DNA from: Bilabrum cf. latius
Lineage: Eukaryota
Direction of reading: 5' to 3'
DNA length: 64,000 nucleotides
Assembly: GCA_965178125.1 (NCBI GenBank)
Contig: OZ237755.1
Coordinates: 806,001 to 870,000 of the forward strand
Part shown: positions 62,424 to 64,000 of the stretch, piece by piece
How the letters are laid out: each line of letters begins with the position of its first letter
How positions within the stretch are numbered: position 1 is the first letter of the stretch
Made by a program: the position numbers and the translations under genes
Notes under the pieces: generated by a model
The model's database searches: none
The model's input: the letters and a program-made list of their open reading frames with translations, nothing else
Told to the model about the DNA's origin: nothing

Positions 62424-64000
62424 ATGTTGCCGACGAATGAGACCGGTAAAATGAAGAAAGGTGCACTGGCGCAGCTGTTGTCAACTGGTGTGATTGCCGG
62501 CATTTCGCTGGCTTTATGCTGGTTGGTTGGTGCCATCAGCAGTCATGGAACTGGATTTCACCATCGTGTGAAGCCAACCCATAATAATGCAACTCTGCTA
62601 GGCAGCGTGGACCTGGACCAGAGGGACTCTGCTTCAGATTAGGGGTGTTCCCAATAGTAGCTCGGAGAGGCATTGACATAGGAGAGTTTGCTTTAGATTT
62701 TTTGCCAGTACCACACGGCAAGTCACAAGAATGGGCCCAGCTGGTCCGATTGCATCCAGATTGCTCGCCAGCAGCTTGAGTATGCACAATCAGCAGCCCC
62801 CGCATTAGAAAGTACCGACCATAATTCCAAAAGCAGCCTTAGTGATCTACAAGGTATTGCTGGATCTAATCTCAAGAAAACGGGAGTGGGATCTGAACAC
62901 GAACTTGGCATGATTCGCCCTGGTCGATTCAGCGAGCTGCAGGGCGAGCTGCAGAGGATCCTGCTGGAGAATACTATCTTGGAGAGCGCTCGGTTCACCG
63001 ATAGGTCCGTGACACAGTTCTTTGGGAGGATTCACCCGCTTTCGCTGGGTCTTACAGCGGAGCAGCGTGCCAGGCGGCCACTTGATGTGGTGTACCAGAA
63101 GCAGCCATTCCACTGGCAGTGGCACATCGACCAGCACATGCAGAAGGTGCAGCGCCCTATACGCATGATCCTGGACCCCAACTCCCAGCGGTACTAGAAT
63201 AACGCCATTATCGCCGTGAACCACCTCACCTTCAAGCACTCGGATCGGTACTTCACGGAATAGGCCAAGCGAGGCAACACCAACATCGCGGCGCTGCACT
63301 CGGGGGATATCACGATGTCGCAGTCGTACGGGTGGTACAAGAAGACCAAGTTCGTGCTCAGAAATCACTATCCCTCTCGCTCCGTGGCGGTCAAGAAGGG
63401 TATGGCGCTAGACAGGATGTACGTTCTCCCGCTGGGCTCGCTCACCCACGACTCGATGAGCTTCGTGAACAGGGGCGAGTTCGGCAGGATCCAGCTGGCT
63501 AGCAAGCGAAAGCACCTGTGCAATTTCGTGGGTAGTCTCACTCACCACGGCACGAGGATGGCGCTTGGCAAGGCCTTGCATGCGGCCGGCATGGGGCCTG
63601 ACCCATCGAAGGCCAAGTACGAGAAATGGGGGACTGCAGGAGGCGTGAAGTGCTTCACGTACTACTCGGGAGACTGGAAGAATAAGAAGCAGATGCCACC
63701 GTGGGAGTACAGAGCCGTGATCTCGAACAGCGCGTTCACCTTTGTTCCCCGGGGGACGGGCCCCTCGAGCTTCCGCCTAACCGAGGCATTGGAGCTGGGC
63801 TCCATCCCTATAATCAGCGACATCGACAATTTCAACTTGCCGTACGGGGAGCACCCGTTGCCTACCATTAAGGACAGCCAGTGGGGCACGCTGCCACCGG
63901 TACTTGTGAAGATGTATTCGGAGCACCCGGAGGAGCTAGACGCATTGCAAGAGAAGGCCTTCACCTGGTGGCACGCCTGGAAACAGACATACCAGTGGAA
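62424..64000 (+). CDS. Exostosin-family (GT47) glycosyltransferase, runs off the window
   Basis: N-terminal TM. Motifs CNFVGS and SAFTFVPRGTGPSSFRLTEALELGSIPII. At least seven in-frame TAGs. Confidence 0.85.

Noticed and set aside
1-64000. Mass pseudogenisation as the explanation for broken ORFs
   Set aside because: Interruptions in recognisable genes are almost all TAG, frames are preserved and catalytic motifs are intact.

Overview
GC-rich, intron-poor eukaryotic (protist-like) nuclear DNA. Nearly every gene is split in the standard-code ORF track by in-frame TAG codons, but the pieces stay in one frame and end at TGA or TAA. At conserved positions TAG stands where Gln is expected (RT motif GVP*GSPLS, TPR motif KYS*AI), and it swaps with CAG between paralogous repeat copies. 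The best reading is a nuclear code with UAG=Gln and UAA/UGA=stop. Host genes under this code: a GH42-like beta-galactosidase, a large EF-hand protein, thiamine pyrophosphokinase, an Sfi1-like protein, acetyl-CoA synthetase, a TPR protein, several glycosyl- and methyltransferases and a nucleotide-sugar transporter. Mobile DNA: a non-LTR retrotransposon (RT plus restriction-like endonuclease) arranged as a 2.9-kb tail-to-tail palindrome, an apparently intact 7.6-kb PIF/Harbinger transposon, and three hAT-family elements. There is also a 55-bp minisatellite next to a frameshifted ubiquitin-like gene. Gene models and introns were read by eye and no database search was run.
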